DNA of 63,839 bases, the filler included, from Actinomycetota bacterium (GTDB lineage: Bacteria; Actinomycetota; Acidimicrobiia; IMCC26256; VFJJ01): NCBI GenBank assembly GCA_009886115.1. It is 4 parts of 4 records of this genome, joined end to end, with 100 filler letters (N's around TTAATTAATTAA, not from the genome) between each part and the next. Parts side by side here need not be neighbours in the genome. Positions count along the whole stretch, not along the records: positions 39,613 to 59,630 come from VFJJ01000134.1; 3 more parts are not named here. The stretch is one strand, 5' to 3'. The translations under genes and the position numbers were made by a program. Under the pieces are notes generated by a model. It worked only from the letters and a program-made list of their open reading frames with translations. It was not told the origin of the DNA and searched no databases. Below, one piece after another: positions 39,513 to 49,550 of this stretch. Each line of letters opens with the position of its first letter. The first letter of the stretch is position 1.

Positions 39513-39612
39513 NNNNNNNNNNNNNNNNNNNNNNNNNNNNNNNNNNNNNNNNNNNNTTAATTAATTAANNNNNNNNNNNNNNNNNNNNNNNNNNNNNNNN
39601 NNNNNNNNNNNN
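39513..39612. other. Assembly linker
   Basis: N-run with TTAATTAATTAA. Confidence 0.99.
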
Positions 39613-40330
39613 ATCAACATGGCCGTCGCCAACGCCGTCACGGGTGCAGTCGCCAACCTGCTCGGCATCGACAACCCCACGCCCGTCGCTTCCTGACAGC
39701 CCGCCGGGATCAATGAGCAGTGCAGATTCTTCAGGAGGCGCTCGTTTCCGGGTCTGGCCAGCATGCCGGGCGTCGCCCTCACGAACCGTCATGCGGATGC
39801 TCGCCGAACGCGGATGCGGGCCACCATCGCCGTCGACGAGCGCTATCTCGATCAGCCCGAGTACCGCCCAGCACGCGACGGGCACCTCCCCAATGAGGTC
39901 CACATCCCCCGCCTGCGCGGCCCGAACGACCTCTCATCGCTTCTCGGGCATCGCGTCGCACACGTCGACGCCGCGCACATCAGCGACGCGCTCACCGAGA
40001 CAGTCATCGAGGCGGGACCTACCCCGGAGCTGCGAGACCGAGGGCTGGGCTGTCGTCCCTGCCCATTGACCCCGTGTCCATTCACCCGCGCACTTTCGCG
40101 GCCGGGGTATAGACGCGGGACAAAGAAGCGATGAACGCGGCCACTCAGACGACGACGCCCAGCGCACCGCGGCGACCGACGGTGCCGGGCCCCGACGAGC
40201 CCGAGCCGCCGGACGGAGGTGTCGTCGTGGCAGACGGACCACGACGGGAGTGTGGGCGAGTTTGTCCTCGCGTGGGGCGGCGTACTCACTGGACGAGCCG
40301 ATGCCGAACTTGCACGAGCAGCGGTGTCGA

Positions 40331-41074
40331 TCAGTCGGCTGAGGGTTGCGGTGGTCCGGCGCCCATGGCGAGTTGCAACAGTTCGATTTGGGCGTCGAAG
40401 AGCTCGTCCCGTGCTTGAACGCTGATCCAGTTGAGGTGGTCGAAGGCTTCGAGGCAAGCGAAGCCGTGGACGCCGGCAAGGAAGTGGAGCAGCGCTTGGT
40501 AGGCATCGGCGGGTATCCGAGCGCCATCTGCTGCTTGTGCGGTGCCAGCCTCGGTCGCCCACCCTGGGCCAACGTGACGGATGAGCGGGTGTGCGATCTG
40601 GCCTTGGTCGATGACACCGCGCAGGGATTGCTCGAGGGCGGCCATGGTTGCGCCGGCCGCCGGTCCGGAGGTGTGCTGACTGTGCGGTCCGAAGCCAGGG
40701 TTTGGGAGGCCGAACAGGAGCGAGAAGCGTGCCGGGTCGGCCTTGGCAAACTCTCGGTACGAGACGGCAGCGGCGCGAATTCTCCCTGCGAGGTCGTCGG
40801 GCTCCGCGGCGTCGAGGGCCGCCGTCAGCTGAGCCGACATTTCGGCGAAGCCGTCTGCCATCAGGGCGGAGAGCAGTTCGTCGCGATCTGTGTAGTAGCG
40901 GTAGAGCGCTGGCGCCGTCATGCCCATCTCCCGGGCGATGTCGGCGAAGCGGAGATCGGCGCCGTGTTCTCGGAGCATGCGCATGGCGGTTGCTTTGATC
41001 TCGTCGATCGTCGCTGCCCGCACACGCTCCCGTCGCGACGGGACCGGATCGGACTTGGCTGCAGAAGATCTCAT
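40331..41074 (-). CDS. TetR family regulator (WHG-like C-terminus)
   Basis: LRFADIAREMGMTAPALYRYY; YREFA..PARFSLLFG; VHGFACLE. Confidence 0.92.
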   Translation of the reverse strand: MRSSAAKSDPVPSRRERVRAATIDEIKATAMRMLREHGADLRFADIAREMGMTAPALYRYYTDRDELLSALMADGFAEMSAQLTAALDAAEPDDLAGRIRAAAVSYREFAKADPARFSLLFGLPNPGFGPHSQHTSGPAAGATMAALEQSLRGVIDQGQIAHPLIRHVGPGWATEAGTAQAADGARIPADAYQALLHFLAGVHGFACLEAFDHLNWISVQARDELFDAQIELLQLAMGAGPPQPSAD

Positions 41075-41189
41075 TCCTCAATCGTAACACATCTTCACGA
41101 ACCTGATGCATCTTGACAAGTGTCCGTGAGAGTGGTTAGGTGATGAAGCTACACAAACGTGAAGTCTCGTAACGAAAGCTGGTCATCTC

Positions 41190-42782
41190 ATGCACGGTCG
41201 CCCTCGTCAGGAAACCATCGGCGGATCCTCGCCAAGCCATCCAAATCGGTGGCGCATCCTCGGTGTGCTGGTCCTTGCGCTCCTCGTGACCTCGATCGAT
41301 CACACGATCATCAACGTGGCGTTGCCTCAGATGGTCGGCGATCTCGGCGCCAGCGCAGCTCAGCTGCAGTGGATCGTCGCGGCCTACACGGTTGTCTTCG
41401 CTGGACTCTTGCTCGCCGCCGGGAGCTTCGGGGACCGGTTCGGCCGACGCCACGCGCTTGCCGCGGGCCTGATGACCTTCATGGCCGGCTCGATCGTGAG
41501 CGCCCTCGCCGGCTCGACGACGATGGTCATCGTCGGCCGCGGCGTCATGGGCGTCGGTGGGGCGCTCATCATGCCCACGACGCTGTCCATCCTCGTCAAC
41601 TCCTTCGGCGACCCGCGTGAGCGGGGCAAGGCCATCGCGATCTGGACCGCCGCGAGCGGCGCCGGCATCGCGCTCGGGCCAATCGTCGGGGGGATGCTCA
41701 TGCGCAGCTTCTCGTGGTCATCGGTGTTCTGGATCAACGTGCCACTGCTCGCCATCGCGTTAGCGGGCACGCACCACGTCGTCCCCGACTCCCGCGACCC
41801 CGAAGCGACGAGGCTCGACCCCGTCGGCGCACTGCTGTCCATCGCGATGATCGGTTCGCTCGTCTACGCCATCATCGAAGCGCCGCGAAGCGGCTGGACG
41901 TCGAGCTCGACTCTGATGTCTCTCATGGTCGCAGCGATGGCCGGCGGCCTGTTCATCCGCTCCCAACTGCGACGCGAGGATCCAATGCTCGACATGCGTC
42001 TGTTCGCGAACCGCGGCTTCTCCGCCGGGAGCGTCGCCCTCGCCATGCTCTTCTTCGCCATGGCCGGCACCGTGTTTCTCCAGGCGCAGTACCTGCAGTT
42101 CATTCTCGGCTACAGCCCGCTCCTCGCAGGCGCCGCACTGGTGCCCGCCGCGCTCGGGATGATCTTCGGCTCCGGAGTCGGCGCCCATCTCGCCACCACC
42201 CTCGGCGGCCGCATCGCAGTCGTGACGGGTACCGCGCTCGCTGCCGGTGGTGTCGCTGTGCAAGCTGCACTGATTGACGGCGCGTCGTACGTGCCGACCG
42301 GGCTCGGGCTGTTGCTGTTCGGTCTGGGCGCAGGCATTGCGATGCCTACTGCGACCGACTTGATCATGTCGACGCTGCCGCCGGCTCGCGCCGGTGTCGG
42401 GTCTGCCGTGAACGACACGGTCCGCGAGTTGGGTGGAGCGCTCGGCGTGGCGGTGATCGGCAGTGTGGCAGCGAGCATGTATGCGTCGGACCTGCAGGGT
42501 CAGCTCGATGGCATCGGCGGAATCCCGGACAATGTCCGAGCTGCGCTCACCGACAACGTCGGCGCAGCGCTCGGCATCAGCAACAGCCTCGGCACGAACA
42601 GCGCCAAGGTCGGCGCTGCCGCACGTGACGCGTTCGTCACCTCGATGAGCGGTTCGCTCTGGGTCGCCGTCGGTCTCGCAGCCCTCGCAACCACCATCGC
42701 CTTCGTTCACCTCCCCAAACACGCACCCGCCCACGATGGACACGCGGTTCCGACCGCCGCCACAAGTGCTAGCCGGACATGA
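41190..42782 (+). CDS. DHA2 family MFS efflux transporter (EmrB/QacA-like)
   Basis: DHTIINVALP, LQWIVAAY, GDRFGRR, WSSVFWINVP; divergent from TetR. Confidence 0.95.
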   Translation: MHGRPRQETIGGSSPSHPNRWRILGVLVLALLVTSIDHTIINVALPQMVGDLGASAAQLQWIVAAYTVVFAGLLLAAGSFGDRFGRRHALAAGLMTFMAGSIVSALAGSTTMVIVGRGVMGVGGALIMPTTLSILVNSFGDPRERGKAIAIWTAASGAGIALGPIVGGMLMRSFSWSSVFWINVPLLAIALAGTHHVVPDSRDPEATRLDPVGALLSIAMIGSLVYAIIEAPRSGWTSSSTLMSLMVAAMAGGLFIRSQLRREDPMLDMRLFANRGFSAGSVALAMLFFAMAGTVFLQAQYLQFILGYSPLLAGAALVPAALGMIFGSGVGAHLATTLGGRIAVVTGTALAAGGVAVQAALIDGASYVPTGLGLLLFGLGAGIAMPTATDLIMSTLPPARAGVGSAVNDTVRELGGALGVAVIGSVAASMYASDLQGQLDGIGGIPDNVRAALTDNVGAALGISNSLGTNSAKVGAAARDAFVTSMSGSLWVAVGLAALATTIAFVHLPKHAPAHDGHAVPTAATSASRT

Positions 42783-43054
42783 CTCCCGCACAGACGCTGC
42801 GCTTTGCAATTTCAATGTCGCCCTCAAGGAGGCTCAGTGGCCAAGGCGACCGACCCAACAGTGTCGTTCTCCACTGTCGTCGCGAGCGTGTGCGATCCGC
42901 GCACTCCCGATCGTCGGTCTCACCTTCGGGCCGCTCTTCGGCGCCGCCGCCTCGCTAAGGCCGGGCAGTGCAGGTCGACGGCGCCGGCGGCGGACTCCGG
43001 TGCACCACGGCAAGGGCTCCGCAGCCTGACCAACGGTCCGGCGCCTCGAACGGC

Positions 43055-43101
43055 GGAGCGGGCGACGGGAATCGAACCGGCGTTCTCAGCTTGGGAAGCT
43101 G
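43055..43101 (-). repeat. att duplicate of tRNA-Gly 3' half
   Basis: 47 bp matching 45823-45869 with one mismatch. Confidence 0.95.
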
Positions 43102-43268
43102 TTTGAAGCCCTCACCGCGACCTGGTATGACACCCAAAGTAGCTGTTCAAGCGCCCTAATCGGGTGACCGCAGGAACCTTCTGCAGACCGCTGTTCGCCA
43201 CCGCTTATGGCACGCTCATGGCACGACGCGGAGTTGGTCGCCATGAGAATATCTGTCTAAACCACACT

Positions 43269-43287
43269 TCTGTCTGTGACAGACAGA
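43269..43287. promoter_or_regulatory. Inverted-repeat operator upstream of AbiEi-like gene
   Basis: TCTGTCTGT-G-ACAGACAGA; TATCCT -10 at 43311-43316. Confidence 0.6.
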
Positions 43288-43322
43288 TTGTTGTCTCAGG
43301 CAAACACGGCTATCCTGCCGCC

Positions 43323-44372
43323 ATGGGTCGACCAGCGATTCCTCAGGCGAGTCGGCGACGACTCAACGACGCCGTGGATCGCCTCGGCGCGCTCCTCCCC
43401 GTGGGGTGGCAGCTCACCGTCGAACGGCGGTCGGCCGAGGGCGGCGTCATTCGCGTCGGCGACGATCGCGACAGCATCGACATCGCTGTGATCACCCGTG
43501 ATCGCATCGAACCACGCGACATCGACCGCCTGCAGCTCTCCGATCAACCGACGATCGTGTCGGCCGCATGGCTGAGCCCGCGCACCCGCGAGCTGCTGCG
43601 CGCACGAGGTGTTGGCTTCGTCGATCGCACCGGCAACACCGAGCTGTGCGTGCAGCGACCCGGCCTGTACCTGCGCACCGACGGCTCCGACAGAGACCCT
43701 GCGCCGCGTCCAAAGCCAGGACCATCCCTGAACGGGCCTCGGGCGTGGGCGCTGCTGCGCACTCTCGTCGAGGTGTCGCCGCTTTACACCGCAGGGGACC
43801 TCGCCTCGGCCCTCAAGCTCGACAACGGCTACATCACCCGCGCTCTCCAAGTGCTCACCGACGAGCAGCTCATCGAACGACGCCCTCGTGGCCCGGTTAC
43901 CTCGGTCGAGTGGGAACCACTGCTACGGCGCCTGATCGAGAGCTACTCGCTGCTCGACGCCAACACCACATCGACGTGGATCGCGGCGGCAGGTCCGAGC
44001 CAGCTTCTTGACGACCTGGCCGACCTGCGCGTCGGCACGTGGGCCGTGACCGGTTCATTCGTCGCCTCCGCGATCGCACCGGTAGCGGCAGCAGAAATAG
44101 CGGTTCTGTACACCGCCGACCCCGAACGCCTCGCCAAAGCAGCCCGACTCCTGCCAGCGACGACCGGCTCGAACGTCATCCTCGCGGTGCCCTATGACCC
44201 GATCGTGTTCCAGCGTACGCAGACCCTCGATCAGGTTCAGGCGGTGTCTGTGGCGCAAGCGGCGATGGACTCCCTCACCGGTCCCGGTCGAATGCCGTCC
44301 GAGGGTGAAGCGCTGCTCACTTGGATGCGCAGAAACGAACCCCGCTGGCGCGGCCAGAACCTGAAAGCCTGA
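43323..44372 (+). CDS. AbiEi-like (type IV TA) antitoxin/regulator
   Basis: WLSPRTRELL..GFVDRTGN, central wHTH, AVTGSFVA, VSVAQAAMD..GR. Confidence 0.72.
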   Translation: MGRPAIPQASRRRLNDAVDRLGALLPVGWQLTVERRSAEGGVIRVGDDRDSIDIAVITRDRIEPRDIDRLQLSDQPTIVSAAWLSPRTRELLRARGVGFVDRTGNTELCVQRPGLYLRTDGSDRDPAPRPKPGPSLNGPRAWALLRTLVEVSPLYTAGDLASALKLDNGYITRALQVLTDEQLIERRPRGPVTSVEWEPLLRRLIESYSLLDANTTSTWIAAAGPSQLLDDLADLRVGTWAVTGSFVASAIAPVAAAEIAVLYTADPERLAKAARLLPATTGSNVILAVPYDPIVFQRTQTLDQVQAVSVAQAAMDSLTGPGRMPSEGEALLTWMRRNEPRWRGQNLKA

Positions 44373-44376
44373 CCAG

Positions 44377-45228
44377 ATGATCGAGCAGCCACGCATCGAG
44401 TACAGCGAGGCCCGACGCGTGCTGCTCGACGCGCTCGGTGCCCTCAGCCAGCAGCTCGCTGCAGTGGTCCTCGTCGGCGCGCAGGCGGTGTACCTACGCA
44501 CCGCCGACCGGCTTCCCGCCTACCAGCCGTTCACCACCGACGCCGACATCGTCCTCGACCCAAGCCTGCTCACCGATCGCCCGGGGCTCGGCGACGTCAT
44601 GCGCAATGCAGGATTCGTCCTCACCGCCGAGCCCGGGATCTGGGAGGCGCGGTTCAAGCGACCGGGCTTCGAGGACGACATCGTGGTGCCGGTCGACCTG
44701 ATCGTCCCGATGCACGTGGCTGCCGGTCCCGGCCGCCGATCTGCGCGCCTCGGCGGCGAGCACGGCAAGCACAGCGCCCGCAAGAGCGAAGGCCTCGAGG
44801 GTGCGCTGGCCGACCACAGCCCGATCCGGATCAGCGCCATCGATCCCGCCGACGACCGAGTCGTCGACGTCAACGTCGCTGGGGAAGCTGGGCTCCTCGT
44901 CGCCAAGCTGCACAAGCTCGGCGACCGACTGGAGAAGCCCGAGCGTCTCGATGCGAAGGATGCCGGCGATGTCTACCGACTCTTCGACATCGTCGCGCCA
45001 GACGAGATGGCGACGCGCCTGATGGCCCTGCTGGCCGACGAACGGTCCGCCGCTGCGACTCTGAAGGCACTGGACTACGGCGACACCCTGTTCAGCGCTG
45101 CGGGCGGCACCGGCGTCCGGCTCGGGGTCGAGGCCCTCCGAACAACGATCCCCGAAGCCACGGTCAGCGCCGTGCTCACCGGCTACTGGCGCGCCCTGCG
45201 AGCTGTCCGCGAGACGACCAATCCATGA
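44377..45228 (+). CDS. AbiEii/GSU2403-like nucleotidyltransferase toxin
   Basis: VLVGAQAV..TTDADI Pol-beta-type motif, VDL, LLVAKL, KDAGDV. Confidence 0.75.
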   Translation: MIEQPRIEYSEARRVLLDALGALSQQLAAVVLVGAQAVYLRTADRLPAYQPFTTDADIVLDPSLLTDRPGLGDVMRNAGFVLTAEPGIWEARFKRPGFEDDIVVPVDLIVPMHVAAGPGRRSARLGGEHGKHSARKSEGLEGALADHSPIRISAIDPADDRVVDVNVAGEAGLLVAKLHKLGDRLEKPERLDAKDAGDVYRLFDIVAPDEMATRLMALLADERSAAATLKALDYGDTLFSAAGGTGVRLGVEALRTTIPEATVSAVLTGYWRALRAVRETTNP

Positions 45229-45382
45229 ACACCGAGATCCGAGGACTGGGCCAGCCGAAGTTGCAGTTGGCGCCGGGAGACATCCCCGAGCAAGACACCG
45301 ATGCCATCTTCACGCGGCCAACTCCTCCCCCCTCGGCGGAGTCGGGTGATGAGTCGCTTCGGGCCTCCGTCGGCCCGCGCCA

Positions 45383-45714
45383 CTTCAGCCCGGGATGAAC
45401 GGGATCATCTCGGCGCGTATGTCGGCCCTGATCCGCTCGATCTCGTCTTCACGAACAGTCGGGGGCGCCCCGTCCGTGCCACGGTCTGGACGCCGGCCTG
45501 GGCCAAGGCGGTGGTCACGTCGGGCCGCGACATCCGCCTCCACGACCTGCGCCACCTTGCCGAGACCCTCACGGCCCAGGCCGGCGCCACCCTCAAGGAG
45601 ACGATGGCCTGCCTCGGCCACAGCACACCTGACGCCGCGCTGCGCTACCAGCACATCGCGACCAGCCGCCCCGAGACGATCGCGGCGGGCATCGACGCCC
45701 TTGCCCGATCCTGA
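45383..45714 (+). pseudogene. Tyrosine integrase C-terminal remnant
   Basis: LHDLRH..GATLKETM..LGHS..ALRYQH; N-terminal two-thirds missing. Confidence 0.88.
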
Positions 45715-45821
45715 CCGTCGATGTCCAGGAACGCCCGATGCTTATGGCATGTTTATGGCACGAACATCGGTGGTAGCTTCAATGATCCAACTATGTCAGG
45801 TCCCTGACCTGCGGAAACACT

Positions 45822-45895
45822 TGGAGCGGGCGACGGGAATCGAACCCGCGTTCTCAGCTTGGGAAGCTGATGTTCTACCGCTGAACTACACCCGC
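45822..45895 (-). tRNA. tRNA-Gly(CCC)
   Basis: GCGGGTGTAGTTCAGCGGTAGAACATCAGCTTCCCAAGCTGAGAACGCGGGTTCGATTCCCGTCGCCCGCTCCA. Confidence 0.97.
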
Positions 45896-46093
45896 GTGAG
45901 CGGTTGGACCTTAGCAAAAGACCTGCCCAGCCGCCTGATCACCCCTCCGTCGATGCCGGCTCAGCCAGCGGCCGACCTCGGCGTGACCTTGGCGTGACCT
46001 AACGGCCCAGCACACGACAGCACCAGCCGGCACGAATCGACACGAGCCGGTGTCGATGAGCCCGCTCGTTCGACTCGACCAGCAGCACGCGGT

Positions 46094-46332
46094 TCAGCCG
46101 CCTTCGGCGAGCTTCTTCGCGGCGAGCTCGGCTCGTTCGCTGTGGATGTCGAACGGCTCGGTGCGTCCCGACGCGCCGCAGCCGATGAACGCTTCGAGCG
46201 GGTCGTCTACGGCGGGCAGGGCGGCGGCGAGCTCGGTGATGAGCTGGTCGAGGGTGAGGCCCCGCCGGGCGGCTTCGCTAGCACGGTCTCGAGGCGGGCC
46301 TGGGTCGGCGGGAGATCGATCGTAACCAGCAT
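46094..46332 (-). pseudogene. Frameshifted RHH/CopG-like antitoxin
   Basis: MLVTIDLPP.. then, in another frame, EAARRGLTLDQLITELA..FIGCGASG..; followed by a VLLVESN stub resembling a PIN toxin start. Confidence 0.6.
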
Positions 46333-46487
46333 GGTCTCAAGCGTAGGTGTCGGTTCTGCCGCCCAGACAGAGCCGTTTCGAAGCGGCCTCTGCGGCCTCT
46401 ACTCGGCCGACGCGTTCGACGACGCCCGACGACGGGCTGTTGGCCGTCTCCCGTGCGGAAGAATTCCGCTCAGACACATCTGCGTTC

Positions 46488-46688
46488 TCATTCGCGCGCC
46501 TCGCCCGCGAACTCCAGAGCCGCATCGATGTCAGCATCCTCGAGCTCGGGGAAGTCCTCGAGGATCTGCTCATGGCTCTGGCCCGCATCGAGCTGACCGA
46601 GGATCGTCGTGACCGGGATTCTCAGGCCACGGATGCAGGGCAGACCGCCCATCTGCCTGGCGTTGACGGTGATCCGCTCGAATCGCAC
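46488..46688 (-). CDS. DUF433 antitoxin-like protein (orphan, possibly 3'-truncated)
   Basis: RITVNARQMGGLPCIRGLRIPV..ILEDFPELEDADIDAAL. Confidence 0.88.
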   Translation of the reverse strand: MRFERITVNARQMGGLPCIRGLRIPVTTILGQLDAGQSHEQILEDFPELEDADIDAALEFAGEARE

Positions 46689-47010
46689 GGGCGCTCCTCA
46701 CGGTGGCGCTCGGTCCGGCGTACCCAAGCGCTTGGGTTCGCTCGTCCGATCAGGATGGTCGACGAACGAGCCATGGAGTCGATCGTGGCCGAAGCGAGGG
46801 TTCTCACACTTCGATTTCCGTGCCACAGCTTACGACGTCGGGCGACCGATCCCGATCTCGTTGGACGTGGGGGCGCCGCGGCGACTGTCTCGAACCGCCG
46901 GGTGGGGTGAGCGTGACGAGCAGGGCCGCGTTTTCGGGAATGCCGGTACGTTCGTTCGATGACGTAGCTCGTCCCTCACTCGTGCCACAACCACCGGGTA
47001 CGCTTCGATC

Positions 47011-47208
47011 ATGGTGCGCACGCTGGATCTCTCGCCATGGGCGGGTCGCTGGGTGGCCGTCGACACAGCTAATCATGTGCGCTGCGACGCACCATCGCTG
47101 GCGCAGCTCCTCGACGTCCTCGCCGTCACCGACGTCGGCGAGGTCGGCGAAGTCGAAGTGATGCGCGCCCCGGCGCCGGACGAGCCGGTGGTCTACGGGA
47201 TTGGCTGA
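47011..47208 (+). CDS. Small DUF5678-like protein
   Basis: WAGRWVAVD motif; TACGCT -10 six nt before ATG; overlaps next gene. Confidence 0.65.
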   Translation: MVRTLDLSPWAGRWVAVDTANHVRCDAPSLAQLLDVLAVTDVGEVGEVEVMRAPAPDEPVVYGIG

Positions 47209-47677
47209 CGCCTGGCAGTACGGGTACACCGACTTCGGCGAAGGGCATGGGCGAAGCCCACAGCCCGTACTACGGGCCGTGGTCGGCGTTGCCGCACCCG
47301 GAGCACCCAACCGCTTCGCCGCGATCATCGATACCGGCGGACCGATCACCGTCGTCGCAGCCGAGGTGTTGGGCTCAGGCGGCGATCCGGTCCAACGCAA
47401 CGAGACGATGATGCTGCGCCTCGGTGGTTCCACCAACGACGTGCCGCTCTACGACGTGACCTTGGAGGTGCGCCCGCCAACAGACCTCGTCGACGCCATT
47501 CCGGTTGGCTGGCGAGGCATCGTCGCCGTACTCGAACCGTGGCCGCACCACGGCACCGCGGTGATCCTGGGACAGTCCGGGTTCCTCGACACGTTCACCG
47601 TGACGTTCGGCCCGGACGGCTTCGTCCTCGAACCTGCCTGGGTGTTCAGGCGGCGTTTCCCACCCGCGAGCCACTGA
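47201..47677 (+). CDS. Retropepsin-like aspartic protease
   Basis: AIIDTGG catalytic motif and ILGQSGFL C-terminal motif. Confidence 0.78.
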   Translation: MADAWQYGYTDFGEGHGRSPQPVLRAVVGVAAPGAPNRFAAIIDTGGPITVVAAEVLGSGGDPVQRNETMMLRLGGSTNDVPLYDVTLEVRPPTDLVDAIPVGWRGIVAVLEPWPHHGTAVILGQSGFLDTFTVTFGPDGFVLEPAWVFRRRFPPASH

Positions 47678-47810
47678 ACTCCGACGACGCACACGTCGAA
47701 GCCGAAACACGGACGAGCAGCCACTGCAGCCGGGGCGAGCCCAGCCTGAGACTTCGCGAGCGAGGAGCTTCCGGGTCAAGCAGCTCGTCGCTTCGAAGAA
47801 CGGTTGTCGA

Positions 47811-48995
47811 TCAACTCGGATCGCCAGCTCCGTCAACCACGGGCCGGAGCGCGTGCACCTGTGCGGTCGGTTCTTCCCGTGCCGCCTGGATGAGCCGGTC
47901 GAGCCCGCTCGCCAAGACCCGGTCACGCTCGTCGGTCGCGTGCTGGTAGCGAAGGGCTGCCTCCTGGGTGGCGTGGCCCAGGCGACGCATGATCTCCTTG
48001 GTGCCGGCTCCGGTCGCCGCGGCCAACGTCCCGGCCACGTGGCGGAGATCGTGCAGGTGGACGTGATCGAGCCCGAGCGAGCGGCGAGCGCGGTCCCAGT
48101 CCTTCTGCCACACGCCCGGACGGACCGGCCCGCCCTTCTCGCCCACGAACACCAGCCCCCGGGCCTCGGACGACGCCCACCGGGCCAGGTGCTCCTCCAG
48201 TGCGGGGATCAGCTCCGTCGGGAGCGCAAGCTTGCGCCGACCGGCGACGGTCTTGGGTGGGCCGATCAACTCCGCGCCGGTCTTCGAATGCTGCCGTTGG
48301 ACGCGAATGTCGACCGTTCCGTGCAGCAGGTCGATATCCGTACGCGTCAGCCCGAACAGCTCGCCACGTCGAAGCCCGCCGAACGCGGCCATGAGCACCA
48401 GCGCACGAAAGCGTGGCGCGACCGCATCGGCGAGCGCATATACCTGTCCGATAGACGGGATAGACCGCTCTTCCACGGGCTCGACGCCGGCGCCCCTGAT
48501 GGTGCACGGGTTGGCGATGAGGTGTCGGTCCTCGACCGCGGTGTTTAGGATCGTACGGAGCAGCCGGTAACACTTGGCCACCGTCGACGGGCCGGGGCCT
48601 TCGGTCAGGAGAACGGCGTGCCATCGCCGAACCGTCGCGGTTGACATGCGCCCGAGCGGGACCGACCCGAGCATGGGGAGGATGTGCAGGCGCAGATACC
48701 CCTCGTACAGCTCACGCACTCGTGGGCGGAGTGGCTCACCGCGAGACGTGAGGCGAGAGTCGAGCCAACCGGGCGCATACTCGGCAAGGGTGATCCGCCC
48801 GTCGTCGGGCGCGATCCAGGCACCTCGCTGTTGGTCGGAGGCTGCGGTGGCGAAGGCGAGCTCGGCCGCCGCCTTCGTCTTGTAGCTCCCGACCGACACG
48901 CGGTCGCCGGTCGCAGGATCCACCAGCCGGACGCGCCACCGCCCGCTGGGAAGCCGATCAACACCGCCAAGCTGCCGACGTCTCGCTCTACCCAT
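47811..48995 (-). CDS. Tyrosine integrase (apparently intact)
   Basis: Arm-binding N-terminus LPSGRWRVR, GLRRGELFGL, PKT, HDLRH, LGH, RYQH. Confidence 0.95.
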   Translation of the reverse strand: MGRARRRQLGGVDRLPSGRWRVRLVDPATGDRVSVGSYKTKAAAELAFATAASDQQRGAWIAPDDGRITLAEYAPGWLDSRLTSRGEPLRPRVRELYEGYLRLHILPMLGSVPLGRMSTATVRRWHAVLLTEGPGPSTVAKCYRLLRTILNTAVEDRHLIANPCTIRGAGVEPVEERSIPSIGQVYALADAVAPRFRALVLMAAFGGLRRGELFGLTRTDIDLLHGTVDIRVQRQHSKTGAELIGPPKTVAGRRKLALPTELIPALEEHLARWASSEARGLVFVGEKGGPVRPGVWQKDWDRARRSLGLDHVHLHDLRHVAGTLAAATGAGTKEIMRRLGHATQEAALRYQHATDERDRVLASGLDRLIQAAREEPTAQVHALRPVVDGAGDPS

Positions 48996-49160
48996 CGTCG
49001 AACCCTCCATCCACGCCAGTACGCAGTCTCACAGCATCGCGACTCCGTACAACCGCGACCGCCCCGATCTCGTCACGGTCGAGGGGAAGTGCGCTTCCCG
49101 GAACCCAGCTCATGACTCTACGGTGCCGTTGAAGATTCTACAAGAGCCGAGACGCATGCA

Positions 49161-49335
49161 TCTGACCGGACGAGCGCGAAACAGGAGGGGCCATCTGGTG
49201 CCGTCCTGTACGCTTCTGTGCTGTTCAGAGAGGGTGATGGTCTCGCCCTGTGTTGTTAACTCCGCCTCCTACCGGCTCGTCTGGCGGACGTTTCCGGACG
49301 CTCCGACATCAGCTCACGACAGAATGAGCTGCTCG
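49161..49335. repeat. Degenerate ~175-bp direct repeat, copy 1
   Basis: Aligns with 49889-50065 (ATCTGGTG..GTCCTGTACGC..CTGGCGGACGTTT..CAGCTCACGACA.AATGAGCTGCTCG). Confidence 0.85.
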
Positions 49336-49510
49336 GGGCTGGGCAACAGCTCGATCTCGATCCTGTGTCGAGCTCGACGTCATCAATCGACCACGATCGA
49401 GAACCGCGACACCACGCCGAGCAGCCCCGAGGTCGTCTTCGATCCCGATGGCCGACGCTACCCAGGGGATCGTCGGCTGCGCCCGCGGACCCCGACGCCG
49501 GCGAGGAAGC

Positions 49511-49550
49511 GTGGAGCCAGGGGTTCGAGGTGTCCCTGCGTGCAAGGCAG
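49511..49550 (-). other. Degenerate tRNA-Ala(TGC) 3'-half fragment (att scar)
   Basis: Minus strand CTGCCTTGCACGCAGG..TCGAACCCCTGGCTCCAC resembles tRNA-Ala anticodon arm and 3' end. Confidence 0.7.

Larger units (their letters stand above)
43055..45869. mobile_element. 2.8-kb defective integrative mini-island in tRNA-Gly(CCC)
   Basis: 47-bp direct repeats, matching arm-type repeats at 43203-43226 and 45740-45763, truncated integrase next to the tRNA. Confidence 0.88.

Noticed and set aside
39613..40330. Short ORFs at the start of contig 3
   Set aside because: No recognisable motifs or clear starts; cannot be supported as genes.
41113..41142. Sigma-70 promoter for the MFS gene (TTGACA)
   Set aside because: No convincing TANNNT at 16-18 bp spacing; left uncalled.
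43055..43101. Second tRNA-Gly gene
   Set aside because: Only the 3' half is present; it is an att duplication.
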